DNA from: Paludibacteraceae bacterium
Lineage (GTDB): Bacteria > Actinomycetota > Coriobacteriia > Coriobacteriales > Atopobiaceae
Direction of reading: 5' to 3'
NCBI GenBank assembly: GCA_963630635.1
Contig: CAVGOA010000003.1
Span: 589 to 64,588, forward strand
Length of the DNA: 64,000 bases
Every line of letters starts with the position of its first letter. Position 1 is the first letter of the stretch. Positions 8,686 through 18,106 of this stretch are shown here, one piece after another. The translations under genes were made by a program, and so were the position numbers. The notes below the pieces were generated by a model, which was not told where the DNA came from, did no database searches, and saw only the letters and a program-made list of their open reading frames with translations.

Positions 8686-9654
8686 TTAGACCGCCAAAGA
8701 GCCGATCTGGATGGTGGCGTTGGCCAGCAAGGTGTTGACGTAGGCCAGCCACTGGGTCGAGATCGACGAGTACGCCGAGCTGTACTTAGAGGACGCCACG
8801 TAGTAGGCGGCCTGGGCAGCGGCGTAGGTCGCAGAATCGTTGGTGATGGTGTAGGTGGAAAGCGCGGCGTAGTAATCACCGTCGGTGGAGGCCCAGGTGT
8901 TGTTCTCGGAGTCCCACTCGTCGCCGGCAAGGTTGATGATGTAGCTCGCATAATCGGCGGTAGCCACGTCCTCCTGGCCTTCGGCGGGCGAATCGGGGGC
9001 CGTAGGGGTGGCGGGCAGCTCGGTGGTCACCACGGAGTTGCGCAGCTTAACCATGATGGCAGAGGCCTTGAGGGTCGACTTGGCGGTGTCCTCGTCGATG
9101 CCGTACTGAGAGGCGATGGTGGCGTAATCGTCAGAGCCCATGGTGGAGTTGGCGTACTCGGCGATCTCGTCGTCGGTGACGGTGATGCCCTCCTTCTCGG
9201 CCGCGGCAGAGACGATCGCGTTGCGCACGTACGAGATGACCTCGTCGGCGGTGGGCACGGTGTAGTTACTGTCGTCGTCCTTGGCGTTGTCCAGGGTAGA
9301 GTTGACGAGAATAACCTCGCGCGCGGTGACGTTGGTGGTCTTTCCGTCATAGGTGTAGGTGGCGATCGTGCTGTCGAGCTGGTCCTCGGCCAGCGCGGTC
9401 TTGCCGGACAACGAGATGGTGGAGCCGCCGCCAAGCAGGAAGTGGCCGGCAAGGACGCCCACCACAACAGCGATCACGACGCACACGACAAAGACGGGCA
9501 CGGCGATGCCCTTGGGGGCGGCAGCGGGAGCTGCGGCCTCGGCGGCCGGGGCAGCCTCGGACTCGGGAGCGACAGCAGCGGCGACCTCGGTCTTCTCGGC
9601 CGTGGTCACGTCCTTCTGCTCTTCCTCTGCAGAGACGTTCTTCTCGTCAGACAT
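8686..9654 (-). CDS. Membrane-anchored exported protein, SurA/PrsA N-terminal-like
   Basis: Single TM; AAAEKEGITVTDDEI motif typical of SurA-N-like domains. Confidence 0.65.
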   Translation of the reverse strand: MSDEKNVSAEEEQKDVTTAEKTEVAAAVAPESEAAPAAEAAAPAAAPKGIAVPVFVVCVVIAVVVGVLAGHFLLGGGSTISLSGKTALAEDQLDSTIATYTYDGKTTNVTAREVILVNSTLDNAKDDDSNYTVPTADEVISYVRNAIVSAAAEKEGITVTDDEIAEYANSTMGSDDYATIASQYGIDEDTAKSTLKASAIMVKLRNSVVTTELPATPTAPDSPAEGQEDVATADYASYIINLAGDEWDSENNTWASTDGDYYAALSTYTITNDSATYAAAQAAYYVASSKYSSAYSSISTQWLAYVNTLLANATIQIGSLAV

Positions 9655-9827
9655 CAATCAAAACCTTTCATAGAGACAAACAGTCAACTTTTAAATTCTT
9701 GCACAGGCCGGCGCTTGGTTTGCTTAACAATACCCAAGCCACAAGGCCGTCACGTATGCGCGCGACGGCGCGGGCGCCCCGGGTGCGCGGGCAACCCGGG
9801 CACCGCAGGCGGCAGGCCCGTTGTGCC

Positions 9828-10388
9828 CTACTCCAGCGCCGAGATGATCTGCGCGGAGAAGGACTTGATGTAGCCCTGGCCGTTATCGGCGTCGAACTTC
9901 ACGCGCGCTGCGAGCTTCTGGCCGGTCTCTTTAGAGATCTTGCCCTGGGCCAGGCCCAGAAGGCCGCCCAGCATGTCGCGGTACTCGGCGTCGCCGTGGT
10001 AGCACTGAATGGCCTCGTCCAGAAGGGGCCATACCTCGTCGGAGCGCTCGGGCGCAGAGGCGCCGTAGCGGCACAAGAAGACGAAGGAGGCCAGGCGCAC
10101 CATGGACGAGCCGTCGTCAAAGAGGGAGTCCTCGGCGGCTTCGACGGCGCCCGCGGCGGCATCGGGGTCGACGCTGGCCACGGCGGCAAGCGCGCCCAGG
10201 ACCTCCCAGCGAGTCTGGGCCTCGGGGCGCTCAAGGGCGGCGACAAGGGCGTCGGCGTGGGGAACCATCGACGCCGGGTCCTTCTCGGCAAAGGCGGCCA
10301 GCTGGTGGGCGACCTCTTGACGGTGCCTTCTGCTGGGAGAAGAAAGATTCTCTACCAGCAGCGAGATCTGCTCGGAATTATCAGCCAT
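9828..10388 (-). CDS. HEAT-repeat-like hypothetical protein
   Basis: Helical repeats (ALERPEAQTRWEVLGALA, LFDDGSSMVRLAS). Confidence 0.75.
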   Translation of the reverse strand: MADNSEQISLLVENLSSPSRRHRQEVAHQLAAFAEKDPASMVPHADALVAALERPEAQTRWEVLGALAAVASVDPDAAAGAVEAAEDSLFDDGSSMVRLASFVFLCRYGASAPERSDEVWPLLDEAIQCYHGDAEYRDMLGGLLGLAQGKISKETGQKLAARVKFDADNGQGYIKSFSAQIISALE

Positions 10389-10408
10389 GCAAAAACTTCC
10401 TCTCAAAA

Positions 10409-10855
10409 CTACTTGGATGAGCCGCGTTTCTTGGCGGCGTCGTTGGCGTCGGGCATCTGGACGCTTATGAGCTCGGGCTCGGGCGTGCCGTCGCGACGCG
10501 CGCGGCGATAGGCCTCGGCGTTCTTGCTGCCAACGCGCCTGACCTGGTCTTTATTGGTTCCGACTTTCTTGTCCACAAAGCCCCAGGGGCCAATGGACTC
10601 GCCAAAGCCAAACTTGAGCCCGGCCAAGGCGCCGGCCACCACGCCAAAGATCAAGGCGACCAGCATGGTGAGGCTCAAGGCAAGCACGATGGCGCTGGCG
10701 AGAACCGCCACGCCAAAGACAGCCAGGTTCATGCGGATGTACTCGCCGCGGGTGACGACCTTCTTGGCCAGGATGTCCCCCAGGCCCACGCCCGCGAAGA
10801 TGCCAAACAAGAACAGGACAAGCGCCAGGACCGCGCCGGCAAAGGCAAAGTCCAC
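10409..10855 (-). CDS. Hypothetical membrane protein
   Basis: GTG start after GAGG; three hydrophobic segments; upstream part of the track ORF overlaps the neighbouring gene. Confidence 0.75.
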   Translation of the reverse strand: MDFAFAGAVLALVLFLFGIFAGVGLGDILAKKVVTRGEYIRMNLAVFGVAVLASAIVLALSLTMLVALIFGVVAGALAGLKFGFGESIGPWGFVDKKVGTNKDQVRRVGSKNAEAYRRARRDGTPEPELISVQMPDANDAAKKRGSSK

Positions 10856-10859
10856 GGTT

Positions 10860-11945
10860 TTAAGCCTCCCCGTGGCAGCAGCAGCCGCCCTCGTGGTCGT
10901 GGTGGCCGTGGCCGCCGCAGCACTCGTGGGCCTCGCCCTCGTGGTGGTGGCCGCCGCAGCAGCCGCCCTCACCGTGGCCGCCGCAGCCGCACTCGTGCTC
11001 GCCTGCGCCCTCGGCGTACTCGTCGACATCCAAAAGCGACCAGTCCAAGCCCGCGGCCGCGGCCTTCTCGCTCTCGGCATAAAGCAAGGTCAGGGCCTGC
11101 GTGCCCATCCTCGAGCCGCCGATCTGGCACAACATGTCAAACAGGGTGAAGGCCGTCTCGGCGCCGGGCAGGGTGACCTCAAGCTCCTCGGCGCGCTGCA
11201 GCGCAAGACCAATGTCCTTGCGCAGGTGCTCGGCCATAAAGCCGGGCTTGTAGTCGCCGGCAAGCGACTTGGGAGCCAGGGTCGCAGAGGCGCCGGAGCC
11301 ACCGGTGCCAGAGGCCATGAGGTCCAAGACCTTGGCGGGATCGATACCACCCTGCTCGGCCAAGGCCAGCGCGTCGGCGTAGCCCATCATGCAAGACGCA
11401 AGGCTCACCTGGTTGCAGAGCTTGGCCGTCTGACCGGCGCCCGCCGAGTCAAAGAAGAACATCTTGGACGAGAAGGTCTCGAGTATGGGCAGCACCGGCT
11501 GCACGTCCTTCTCGGCGGTGCCCAGGATAAGGGTGAGGGTGCCGTCGACCGCGCCCTTCTCGCCACCGGTCACGGGGCAGTCGAAGGCGTGCTTGTCCTC
11601 GACCTCGGCCGCCTCGTGGATGTCGCGGGCCAGCTGCGGCGAGCTGGTGGTGAGGTCGATCAGCCAGGCGCCCTTCTTGGCGGCGCGAATCAGGCCGTCG
11701 GTGGAGAGGTAGACGTCCTCGACGTCGTTGGGGTAGCCCACCATGGTAAAGACCACGTCGGCGTCCGCGGCGGCCTTAGCAGGGCTTTCTGCCCACACTG
11801 CGCCGCGATCGATCAGGCCCTGGGCCTTCTCCTTGGTGCGGTTATAGACGCACAGGGAGTAGCCGGCGTCCATGATGTGCCCGGCGATGGCGGCGCCCAT
11901 GATGCCGGTGCCAATAAAGGCGACCTTTTGCTTAGCAGAGCTCAT
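10860..11945 (-). CDS. NAD(P)-dependent beta-hydroxyacid dehydrogenase family protein with His/Cys-rich tail
   Basis: FIGTGIMG, DCPVTGG, GAGQTAKLCNQ, F..EHLRKD. Confidence 0.92.
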   Translation of the reverse strand: MSSAKQKVAFIGTGIMGAAIAGHIMDAGYSLCVYNRTKEKAQGLIDRGAVWAESPAKAAADADVVFTMVGYPNDVEDVYLSTDGLIRAAKKGAWLIDLTTSSPQLARDIHEAAEVEDKHAFDCPVTGGEKGAVDGTLTLILGTAEKDVQPVLPILETFSSKMFFFDSAGAGQTAKLCNQVSLASCMMGYADALALAEQGGIDPAKVLDLMASGTGGSGASATLAPKSLAGDYKPGFMAEHLRKDIGLALQRAEELEVTLPGAETAFTLFDMLCQIGGSRMGTQALTLLYAESEKAAAAGLDWSLLDVDEYAEGAGEHECGCGGHGEGGCCGGHHHEGEAHECCGGHGHHDHEGGCCCHGEA

Positions 11946-12014
11946 TTGCTGCCTTTCTAGTCAAAGAGATAGCCGCGGTCGTGCTGCGGCTATCCAAGTA
12001 ATGCCTGGTACCTG

Positions 12015-13049
12015 TTATTGACCGCGGACCTTGCGGGCGATGCGGTCGGTGAAAGAGAGGGCCTCTCGGCGATCCTTGCCCCAAAAGACGCAGGCCACCA
12101 TGCCAGGCCCCACGTGCGCGCCAATAACCGGCGAGACGGAACTGTAGATGATGGGCACGTCGGCGCAGCCCGGCTCGCGGCGCAGCTGGTCGCCCAGCCA
12201 ATGGGCGTCCTTGTCGGCGTCGGCCGAGACGATACCGATGGGCAGCGGGGTGCCGCCCAGGTCCTCCTCGCTCAGGTGGTTGGCCTTGAAGTCGGCGATG
12301 ATCGCGCGCAGGGCCTTCTTGCGGCCGCGGCACATACCGCGCAGCGTCAAGGCACCGTTGGTGTCGTAGGAAAGCTCGGGCTTGATGTCGAGCTTGCCGC
12401 CCACCGTGGCTGCCGCCGGCGGGATGCGACCGCCGCGGGCCAGGGCGTCGAAGTTCTCTAGCGTGAAGTAGCCGTGCAGGAAGTAGCGCGCCTCCTCGGC
12501 CCACTCAACAAGCTCTTTGGCAGAAAGGCCGTTGCCGGCCTGGTGGACCGCCTCGATGGCCAGAAGCTCGGCCGCGGCCGACGGGCACAGGTTGTCGATC
12601 ACGTAGAGCTCGAAATCGGGGTACTTCTCCAGCACCATCTCGCGGGCCTGGCGCGCAGCGTCGATCGAAGAAGACAGGCCGCGGGTAAAGGCCAGGTAGA
12701 TGGTGGGGACGCCCTTCTCGGCTGCTTTCTCGAAGATCTCGAGGTAGTGGCCGGGGGTCACCGCCGAGGTGGTTGCCTGCTCGCCCGCACGCATGCGGTC
12801 ATAGAACTCGTGCGGCGTCATGGACTTCCAGAAGTCGTCGGGGTACTCGACCCCGTTGACCACGTACGAGAAGCTCACGGTCTCGACGCCCAGGGCGTCG
12901 ATGACCTCGGGCGCAAAGTCTGCGCAAGAGTCCACGATGATGTTGACGTTGGTGTGCGCGTGATAAGCGCGGCCCAGGCGCGCAGCTTCCTGCGACGCCT
13001 GGGCATTAAGGTCTACGTTGTCGTCCAACTGGACGTCATTGTTTGCCAA
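12015..13049 (-). CDS. DegV family (FakB-like) fatty-acid-binding protein
   Basis: IIVDSCAD, TTSAV, LSSS, LARGGRI, IKP, GAHVGPG. Confidence 0.93.
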   Translation of the reverse strand: MANNDVQLDDNVDLNAQASQEAARLGRAYHAHTNVNIIVDSCADFAPEVIDALGVETVSFSYVVNGVEYPDDFWKSMTPHEFYDRMRAGEQATTSAVTPGHYLEIFEKAAEKGVPTIYLAFTRGLSSSIDAARQAREMVLEKYPDFELYVIDNLCPSAAAELLAIEAVHQAGNGLSAKELVEWAEEARYFLHGYFTLENFDALARGGRIPPAAATVGGKLDIKPELSYDTNGALTLRGMCRGRKKALRAIIADFKANHLSEEDLGGTPLPIGIVSADADKDAHWLGDQLRREPGCADVPIIYSSVSPVIGAHVGPGMVACVFWGKDRREALSFTDRIARKVRGQ

Positions 13050-13061
13050 AAGAGAAAATCC

Positions 13062-13652
13062 TTACTCTTCGTTCTCTTCAATCTTGGGCTTAATGATACC
13101 GTACCCGCCGTTCTTGCGGTGGTAGATGACGTTGATGAGGCCGGTCGTGGCGTTGGTGAACACATAAAAATCGTGGCCAATGAGATCGGTCTGGACCAGG
13201 GCCTCTTCCTCGGTCATGGGCACAAGGTCGATGACCTTCTCGCGTACCAGCTGGTCGTCCTCTTCTTCCTCGGGAAGGGGCTCGATAAGCTTGGCCAGAT
13301 CCTCCTGCGTAACGGGGACGGGGGCGGCTGCGTGGGCGTGCTGGCGGCGGTCGACGACGCGGGTCTTGTACTTGCGCAGCTGGCGAGTAGCCTTCTCGGC
13401 GGCCTCGTCGATGGCGGCGTACATATCGTCAGAGGAAGCCTCGACGCGCACGACGTTGTCGCGCACATAGACGGTGACCTCGCAGGTCTTGCGGTCGGGG
13501 TTGGAGGGGTTCTTGTCCACGCGCAGGACAACGTCGCAGGTCATGGGTGAGATATCGAAAACCTTAAGGGCATTGCCGACCTTGTTCTGGACATGCTCGC
13601 GCAGGGAATCAGAAACGCTTACCTTGCGACCGGAAATCTTGATGTCGACCAT
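13062..13652 (-). CDS. hpf: Ribosome hibernation promoting factor (long HPF/RaiA)
   Basis: DMYAAIDEA..K..RQLRKYK and C-terminal PMTEEEALVQ..LIGHDFYVF; AAGGAGG RBS. Confidence 0.96.
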   Translation of the reverse strand: MVDIKISGRKVSVSDSLREHVQNKVGNALKVFDISPMTCDVVLRVDKNPSNPDRKTCEVTVYVRDNVVRVEASSDDMYAAIDEAAEKATRQLRKYKTRVVDRRQHAHAAAPVPVTQEDLAKLIEPLPEEEEDDQLVREKVIDLVPMTEEEALVQTDLIGHDFYVFTNATTGLINVIYHRKNGGYGIIKPKIEENEE

Positions 13653-13787
13653 AACAACCTCCTTTGAAACGGGTACGCGCAAAAGCGGCGCGTGCGGCGG
13701 CGAGAAAATCTTCTCGCCGACTTTCGCTGACTTTCGCGTTACACCCCTCTTACCCAATAGAGCGCGGTTAGTGTCACCAGATTTGGA

Positions 13788-14669
13788 TTAAGACGCCGTC
13801 TGAATCTGCTGAGCGGTAGTGAGGGTACCAATACCGTCGACCCAGCGGGACTTGATGACCTCGAGCTGGCCGTTGGTCTGGACCGAGTCGATGGCGCCCG
13901 AGACGGCCTGGGTGAGCGTGGCCTTGGTGGTGTCGACGGCCACACCCAGGGCCACGGGGGTGTCCAGAACGCCGGCAACGGTCACGCCGTCGTAGCCCGC
14001 GGCCAGGTAGGCTCCGGGGTAGGCGCCGCAGCACACGTACTCGACGGTGCCGGCCTCGAGGGCAGCGAAGGCCTCGTTGAGGTTGACGTAGGTGGAGTAG
14101 GTGGCATCTGCGACGGCGGCGCCGATGGCCTTTTGCGAGGCCGAGGCGGCCTGGACGCCAATGGTCTTGCCCGAAAGCTGAGAGGTGCTGGTGACGGTCG
14201 CGCCGTCCTTCGAGAAGACGGCGATGCAGTCCTCGGCGTAGTCGCCCAAGACCGAGCAGGTGCCGGCGTCTGCGGCGGCAACACCCATGACAACATCGCA
14301 GGTGGTGCCCACGGCCGTGGTGTCGGCAACGTCGACGAACTTGACGGTAAGGCCCATCTGCTCGGCCATGGCGTAGGCAACCTCGACATCGACACCCGAG
14401 TGGGAGCCGCTGCTAGACGGGATGGAGAACGGGGCCGACTGAGAGGACTTGATACCCACGGTCAAGACGCCGGCCTCAAGAAGCTCGCTAGAGTCAACGG
14501 AGCTCGTGCGCACGGCGGCGCGGTCGGCGGCTGCCTGGGAGTAGGTGGTGTCGGTGCCCAAAAAAGACGGGGTGGGCACGGTGACGGGCCCCACCGAGCA
14601 GCCGGCAAGAGCGACGATTCCAAGGCCTGCGGCACAGGCGGCAAGGCACGGGCGAAGACGGTTGGGCAT
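13788..14669 (-). CDS. ABC transporter amino-acid-type substrate-binding lipoprotein
   Basis: Lipobox LAGC; LTVG..APF, GVDVEVA, LSGKTIGVQ. Confidence 0.85.
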   Translation of the reverse strand: MPNRLRPCLAACAAGLGIVALAGCSVGPVTVPTPSFLGTDTTYSQAAADRAAVRTSSVDSSELLEAGVLTVGIKSSQSAPFSIPSSSGSHSGVDVEVAYAMAEQMGLTVKFVDVADTTAVGTTCDVVMGVAAADAGTCSVLGDYAEDCIAVFSKDGATVTSTSQLSGKTIGVQAASASQKAIGAAVADATYSTYVNLNEAFAALEAGTVEYVCCGAYPGAYLAAGYDGVTVAGVLDTPVALGVAVDTTKATLTQAVSGAIDSVQTNGQLEVIKSRWVDGIGTLTTAQQIQTAS

Positions 14670-14716
14670 GGCTCACTCCATATCAAATCTTTAAGCGACA
14701 AACGCGTGTTATAGGT

Positions 14717-14982
14717 AGTCTCACCCAGCTGACCTGGTCTTTGCCCCCACACTCGCGCACAGGGGCCTTCGCCAAGATGCGCCGCAGCGCCCCCAACTTG
14801 CAACCCTCTCGCCCGCGGAGCCGGATGCTCCTTATGTATGACGGGCGGTGCGACTTACTTCTAGGACGAACCATGATCGCGCGGCCGCGCACGGCCGAGC
14901 TTACGTGGATCCCTTTGGCCTCGTCTACCTTGGACTAAGGACGGCGCGCGCCGACCCGCAACCACAGACCTGGAATGAGACT
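14717..14982 (-). ncRNA. raiA motif RNA
   Basis: Conserved blocks AGGTCTGTGGTTG, GATCCACGTAAG, CATGGT, TAGAAGTAAGTC, GGCGAGAG, GCGAGTGTGGGGGCAAAGACCAGGTCA; closing stem AGTCTCA/TGAGACT; between comF and PBP-hpf. Confidence 0.92.
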
Positions 14983-14988
14983 GGGGCG

Positions 14989-14994
14989 ATTATA
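14989..14994 (-). promoter_or_regulatory. -10 box (TATAAT) of the raiA RNA
   Basis: Perfect TATAAT 6 nt upstream of the RNA 5' stem. Confidence 0.7.
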
Positions 14995-15128
14995 CCCGCA
15001 GGTTACGGGGGCGGGGCGTTAAGGTCTGTTAATTTCTCGGTGCGCGGGGGCTGCGGCGGGTGGACGGTGGTAGTGGGGCGCTGGCCGCGGCGCCGGCGAG
15101 ACGGACGGCCGGGCCGGGCGCTTCTCCC

Positions 15129-15881
15129 CTACCACACGCGGGCGAGGGCGCAGGCGGTGACGCTGGCGGCGCCCGCGGCGAGCAAGGTGCGGGTAGCCTC
15201 GCGAACGCTCGACCCGGTGGTCACCACGTCGTCAACAAGCAGCAGGTCAAGGCCGCTGACGTCCCGAATGGCGCGCATCGTGCCTGCAAGGTTCTCTTCC
15301 CGCTGGGTACGGCCAAGCTCGCGCTGGTCCTTTGACGCGGCGCGAACCAGGACATCGTAAAGGGGCAGGCCCAAGGCAGGCGCCAAGTTTTGCGAGACAA
15401 GCTCCATGTGGTCAAAGCCACGGCGACGGTAGGCCTCGGCCGTGGCGGGGACAAAGCAGACGGCGTCGAGGGCGGCAAGGTCTGCGCGGGGCCCGCCGTC
15501 GGGCGCAGGCCAAGCGGCCGCTTCTTCCAGCGCGGTGAGCAGTGCCTGCGCGATGACCGGGGCAAGGCGCAGCTCGTGGGCGTCCTTGAGGCACGAGACC
15601 ATCCTGGCCGGCGCGCCGTGAAAGCCCATCGCGGCCACGCAGGCGCGCGTCTCCCAATTCTTCTCGCACTCTGTGCAGGTAAGATGGCCAAAAGGAGCTC
15701 CGCACACAGGGCAGGCCAGGCGCTGCTCGATCCAGGGAAGGGTTGCTCGGCAGTCGTCGCACAGCAGGTCGCCGGGCTGGTCACACAGGACGCAGCGCGT
15801 GGGCCACATGAGCTCCAAGAACGCATCGGCCGCGCCCGAGGCCAAACGGCCGGCGCGGCTACCCTGGGCAAAAATCGGCAT
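15129..15881 (-). CDS. comF: ComF/ComFC family phosphoribosyltransferase-like protein
   Basis: Four CxxC motifs, RRRGFDH, LLVDDVVTTGSS. Confidence 0.93.
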   Translation of the reverse strand: MPIFAQGSRAGRLASGAADAFLELMWPTRCVLCDQPGDLLCDDCRATLPWIEQRLACPVCGAPFGHLTCTECEKNWETRACVAAMGFHGAPARMVSCLKDAHELRLAPVIAQALLTALEEAAAWPAPDGGPRADLAALDAVCFVPATAEAYRRRGFDHMELVSQNLAPALGLPLYDVLVRAASKDQRELGRTQREENLAGTMRAIRDVSGLDLLLVDDVVTTGSSVREATRTLLAAGAASVTACALARVW

Positions 15882-15997
15882 ACGACCCCCCCTCTGCACA
15901 TTGTAGATGGGGGTCGGTTGGTGACGCTTAGCTTACCCGCGCAACGCCGGTCTTAAACGCGCGAGTCTTGAACGCGCGAAAACCAGGGTCCAAAACT

Positions 15998-16138
15998 AAA
16001 AACGCGACAAGTCGGCCATCAAAACTCGATGTTGTGAATAGCGCAACCTATTCGGATTCTAAATGCCCAGGTAAACAATGTGCACTGGTCGTGGCTACTC
16101 AGGATGCTCGAATTTGATGGCCGACTTGTCGCGTTTTT
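15998..16138. repeat. Hairpin element with perfect 26-bp inverted repeat
   Basis: AAAAACGCGACAAGTCGGCCATCAAA (15998-16023) and its reverse complement (16113-16138). Confidence 0.85.
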
Positions 16139-16154
16139 GAATTTGAGGGGCGCG

Positions 16155-17168
16155 TCAGACCCCAAAGAAAGCGCGGGCGTTAGTCCAAAGGGCGTCGTAG
16201 GTCCCGGCGGCGTCAGCCACGCCGGCTTCCTCACGAGTCTGGGCGAGAAGGGCGGCGGTGAAACCGCACATCGCAGGCTCACAGGAACGTCCGCGAAGGG
16301 GCTCAGGCGCCATGTAGGGAAAATCAGTCTCTAGCAGCAGCTTTTCTGCCGGGCAGGCTACCGCGGCGGCACGGATGTCGTCCGAGCGCTTGAAGGTGGC
16401 CGCCCCGCCAAAGGCAATGTGGCAGCCAAGCTCGACAAAAGGCGCCATGACCTCTGGCCCCGAGGTAAAGCAGTGCAGGTCGCAGCCGGCGGCGGGCACG
16501 CCCTCTTCTTCCAAGATGCGCACGGCATCGGCATGCGCCTGGGCCGCCGGGTCGTCGCTGGCGTCGCGAATGTGCAGCTCAACAGGCAGGCCAAGCTCGT
16601 GGGCCAGGCGCAGCTGCCGGCGAAAAGCAACCTCCTGCACCGCCGGGTCGACCTCGTTATAGGGGCCGTAGTCCAGGCCGATCTCGCCCACGCCAAGACA
16701 GCTCGGCGAGGCCAGAAGCTCGCGCGTCACGGTCTCGGCCGCGTCGTCGAAGCCCGCCGCGCCGTAGGGATGCGCCCCCGCAACAAGGTAGACGCTGTCG
16801 AGAAGACCTGGCGCGTCGCAACCGTCAAACGCAGGCGGCAGCAGGCCGTGCTTGGCCGCAACGTCAAGAAGCCCAGCCGCCTGGGCCTTCTGAACCTCGA
16901 ACCAATCCAGAAGCTCGCCCGCGCTCCCCCATTTGCCTGGGATCTCCTCGACGGTATCGACCGGGCACACCATCAAACGAACCCCAGCTAGAGCAGCACG
17001 TGCAAGTACCGCCGCAGGGTCTTCGACGCCGCGACTCGTCAGGTGCCCGTGGCTGTCGGCCAAAGGGGCCAGCGGCGCGGGCATCGGCTTCTCGCGCCCG
17101 CGCTTATCGGCAAAAAGGCAGCCGCCTGGGGTCACGCCCAGGCGGCCGTAAAGGCTTTCAAGATCCAT
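16155..17168 (-). CDS. tatD: TatD family hydrolase
   Basis: DSHGH, GAHP, GEIGLDY, LHIRDA, LHCFT, LLETDFPY. Confidence 0.93.
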   Translation of the reverse strand: MDLESLYGRLGVTPGGCLFADKRGREKPMPAPLAPLADSHGHLTSRGVEDPAAVLARAALAGVRLMVCPVDTVEEIPGKWGSAGELLDWFEVQKAQAAGLLDVAAKHGLLPPAFDGCDAPGLLDSVYLVAGAHPYGAAGFDDAAETVTRELLASPSCLGVGEIGLDYGPYNEVDPAVQEVAFRRQLRLAHELGLPVELHIRDASDDPAAQAHADAVRILEEEGVPAAGCDLHCFTSGPEVMAPFVELGCHIAFGGAATFKRSDDIRAAAVACPAEKLLLETDFPYMAPEPLRGRSCEPAMCGFTAALLAQTREEAGVADAAGTYDALWTNARAFFGV

Positions 17169-17191
17169 CAAACGAATGCCCTTCTTGGTAT

Positions 17192-18100
17192 CTAACGCGT
17201 GCCTGCCACAGGCTCCCAGCCGCAAGCGACCAAGGCCGCCTCAAGACGAACGAAATCGGCGGGGGCCAGGCGCTCGGCACGGGTCGTGGGCGCAATGTCG
17301 CAAGCAGCAAACGCCTGGTCAAGCAACTCTTTTTCAAAGCCCGACCCAGCCATCGAGTTTCGAATAGTCTTCCTGCGCTGCGCAAAGGCCGCGTCGATCA
17401 CGGCCGAGACAGACGCGATCTTCTCGTCACTTAAAGCCTCGCCGCTAGCGGGATCGACCATAGGTGCGCGGTCAAGCCGCACCACGGCCGAGTCGACGTG
17501 CGGTGGCGGCATGAAGTTGCCGGGCCCCACCTCAAAGCGACCGACAGGGCGGGCGCGCAAGGCAAGCTTGACCGTGTATGCCCCGTAGGTCTTAGACCCC
17601 GGAGCCGCGCAAATACGGTCGGCAACCTCGGCCTGGACCATCACCGTGGCAGACTCCAAACTGCGGAACTCGTCGAAGTTGCGCAGGATCAGCGTGGCCG
17701 CCACCTGGTACGGCAGGTTCGAGACAAACTTGTTGGGCTCGCCCACGCCCTCGCCGCGCACCAGGTTACCCGGCCCCACGCGCAGGGCGTCGGCCATGGT
17801 GAGAAAGAACTTCTCGGAATCCTGGGCGCAGGTCTGGCCCAGCACGGGCTCAAGCTCGCGATCGGCCTCGATGGAGCACACGGCCGCCACGCGGGCCAGC
17901 ATGGCCACCGTCAAGGTGCCGATGCCGGGGCCAACCTCAAGCACCACGTCCTTCTCGCCAAGGTCGGCCAAAGTGACGATGCGCCCAATGACCTCGTCGT
18001 TTACCAGGAAGTTCTGACCCAGGCGGTGCTTGGTCGCCAGGCCAAAATCTTCCAGCACGGCACGGGTCTCGCGCGGGTTGGCAAGCCTCGAGTACGTCAC
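17192..18100 (-). CDS. rsmA: 16S rRNA dimethyladenosine transferase
   Basis: LGQNFL, LEVGPGIG, SNLPY, FAQRRKT. Confidence 0.97.
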   Translation of the reverse strand: MTYSRLANPRETRAVLEDFGLATKHRLGQNFLVNDEVIGRIVTLADLGEKDVVLEVGPGIGTLTVAMLARVAAVCSIEADRELEPVLGQTCAQDSEKFFLTMADALRVGPGNLVRGEGVGEPNKFVSNLPYQVAATLILRNFDEFRSLESATVMVQAEVADRICAAPGSKTYGAYTVKLALRARPVGRFEVGPGNFMPPPHVDSAVVRLDRAPMVDPASGEALSDEKIASVSAVIDAAFAQRRKTIRNSMAGSGFEKELLDQAFAACDIAPTTRAERLAPADFVRLEAALVACGWEPVAGTR

Positions 18101-18106
18101 GCGCGC

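Noticed and set aside
15950..15979. 15-bp tandem repeat GTCTT(A/G)AACGCGCGA upstream of comF
   Set aside because: Only two imperfect copies and no supporting context for a function
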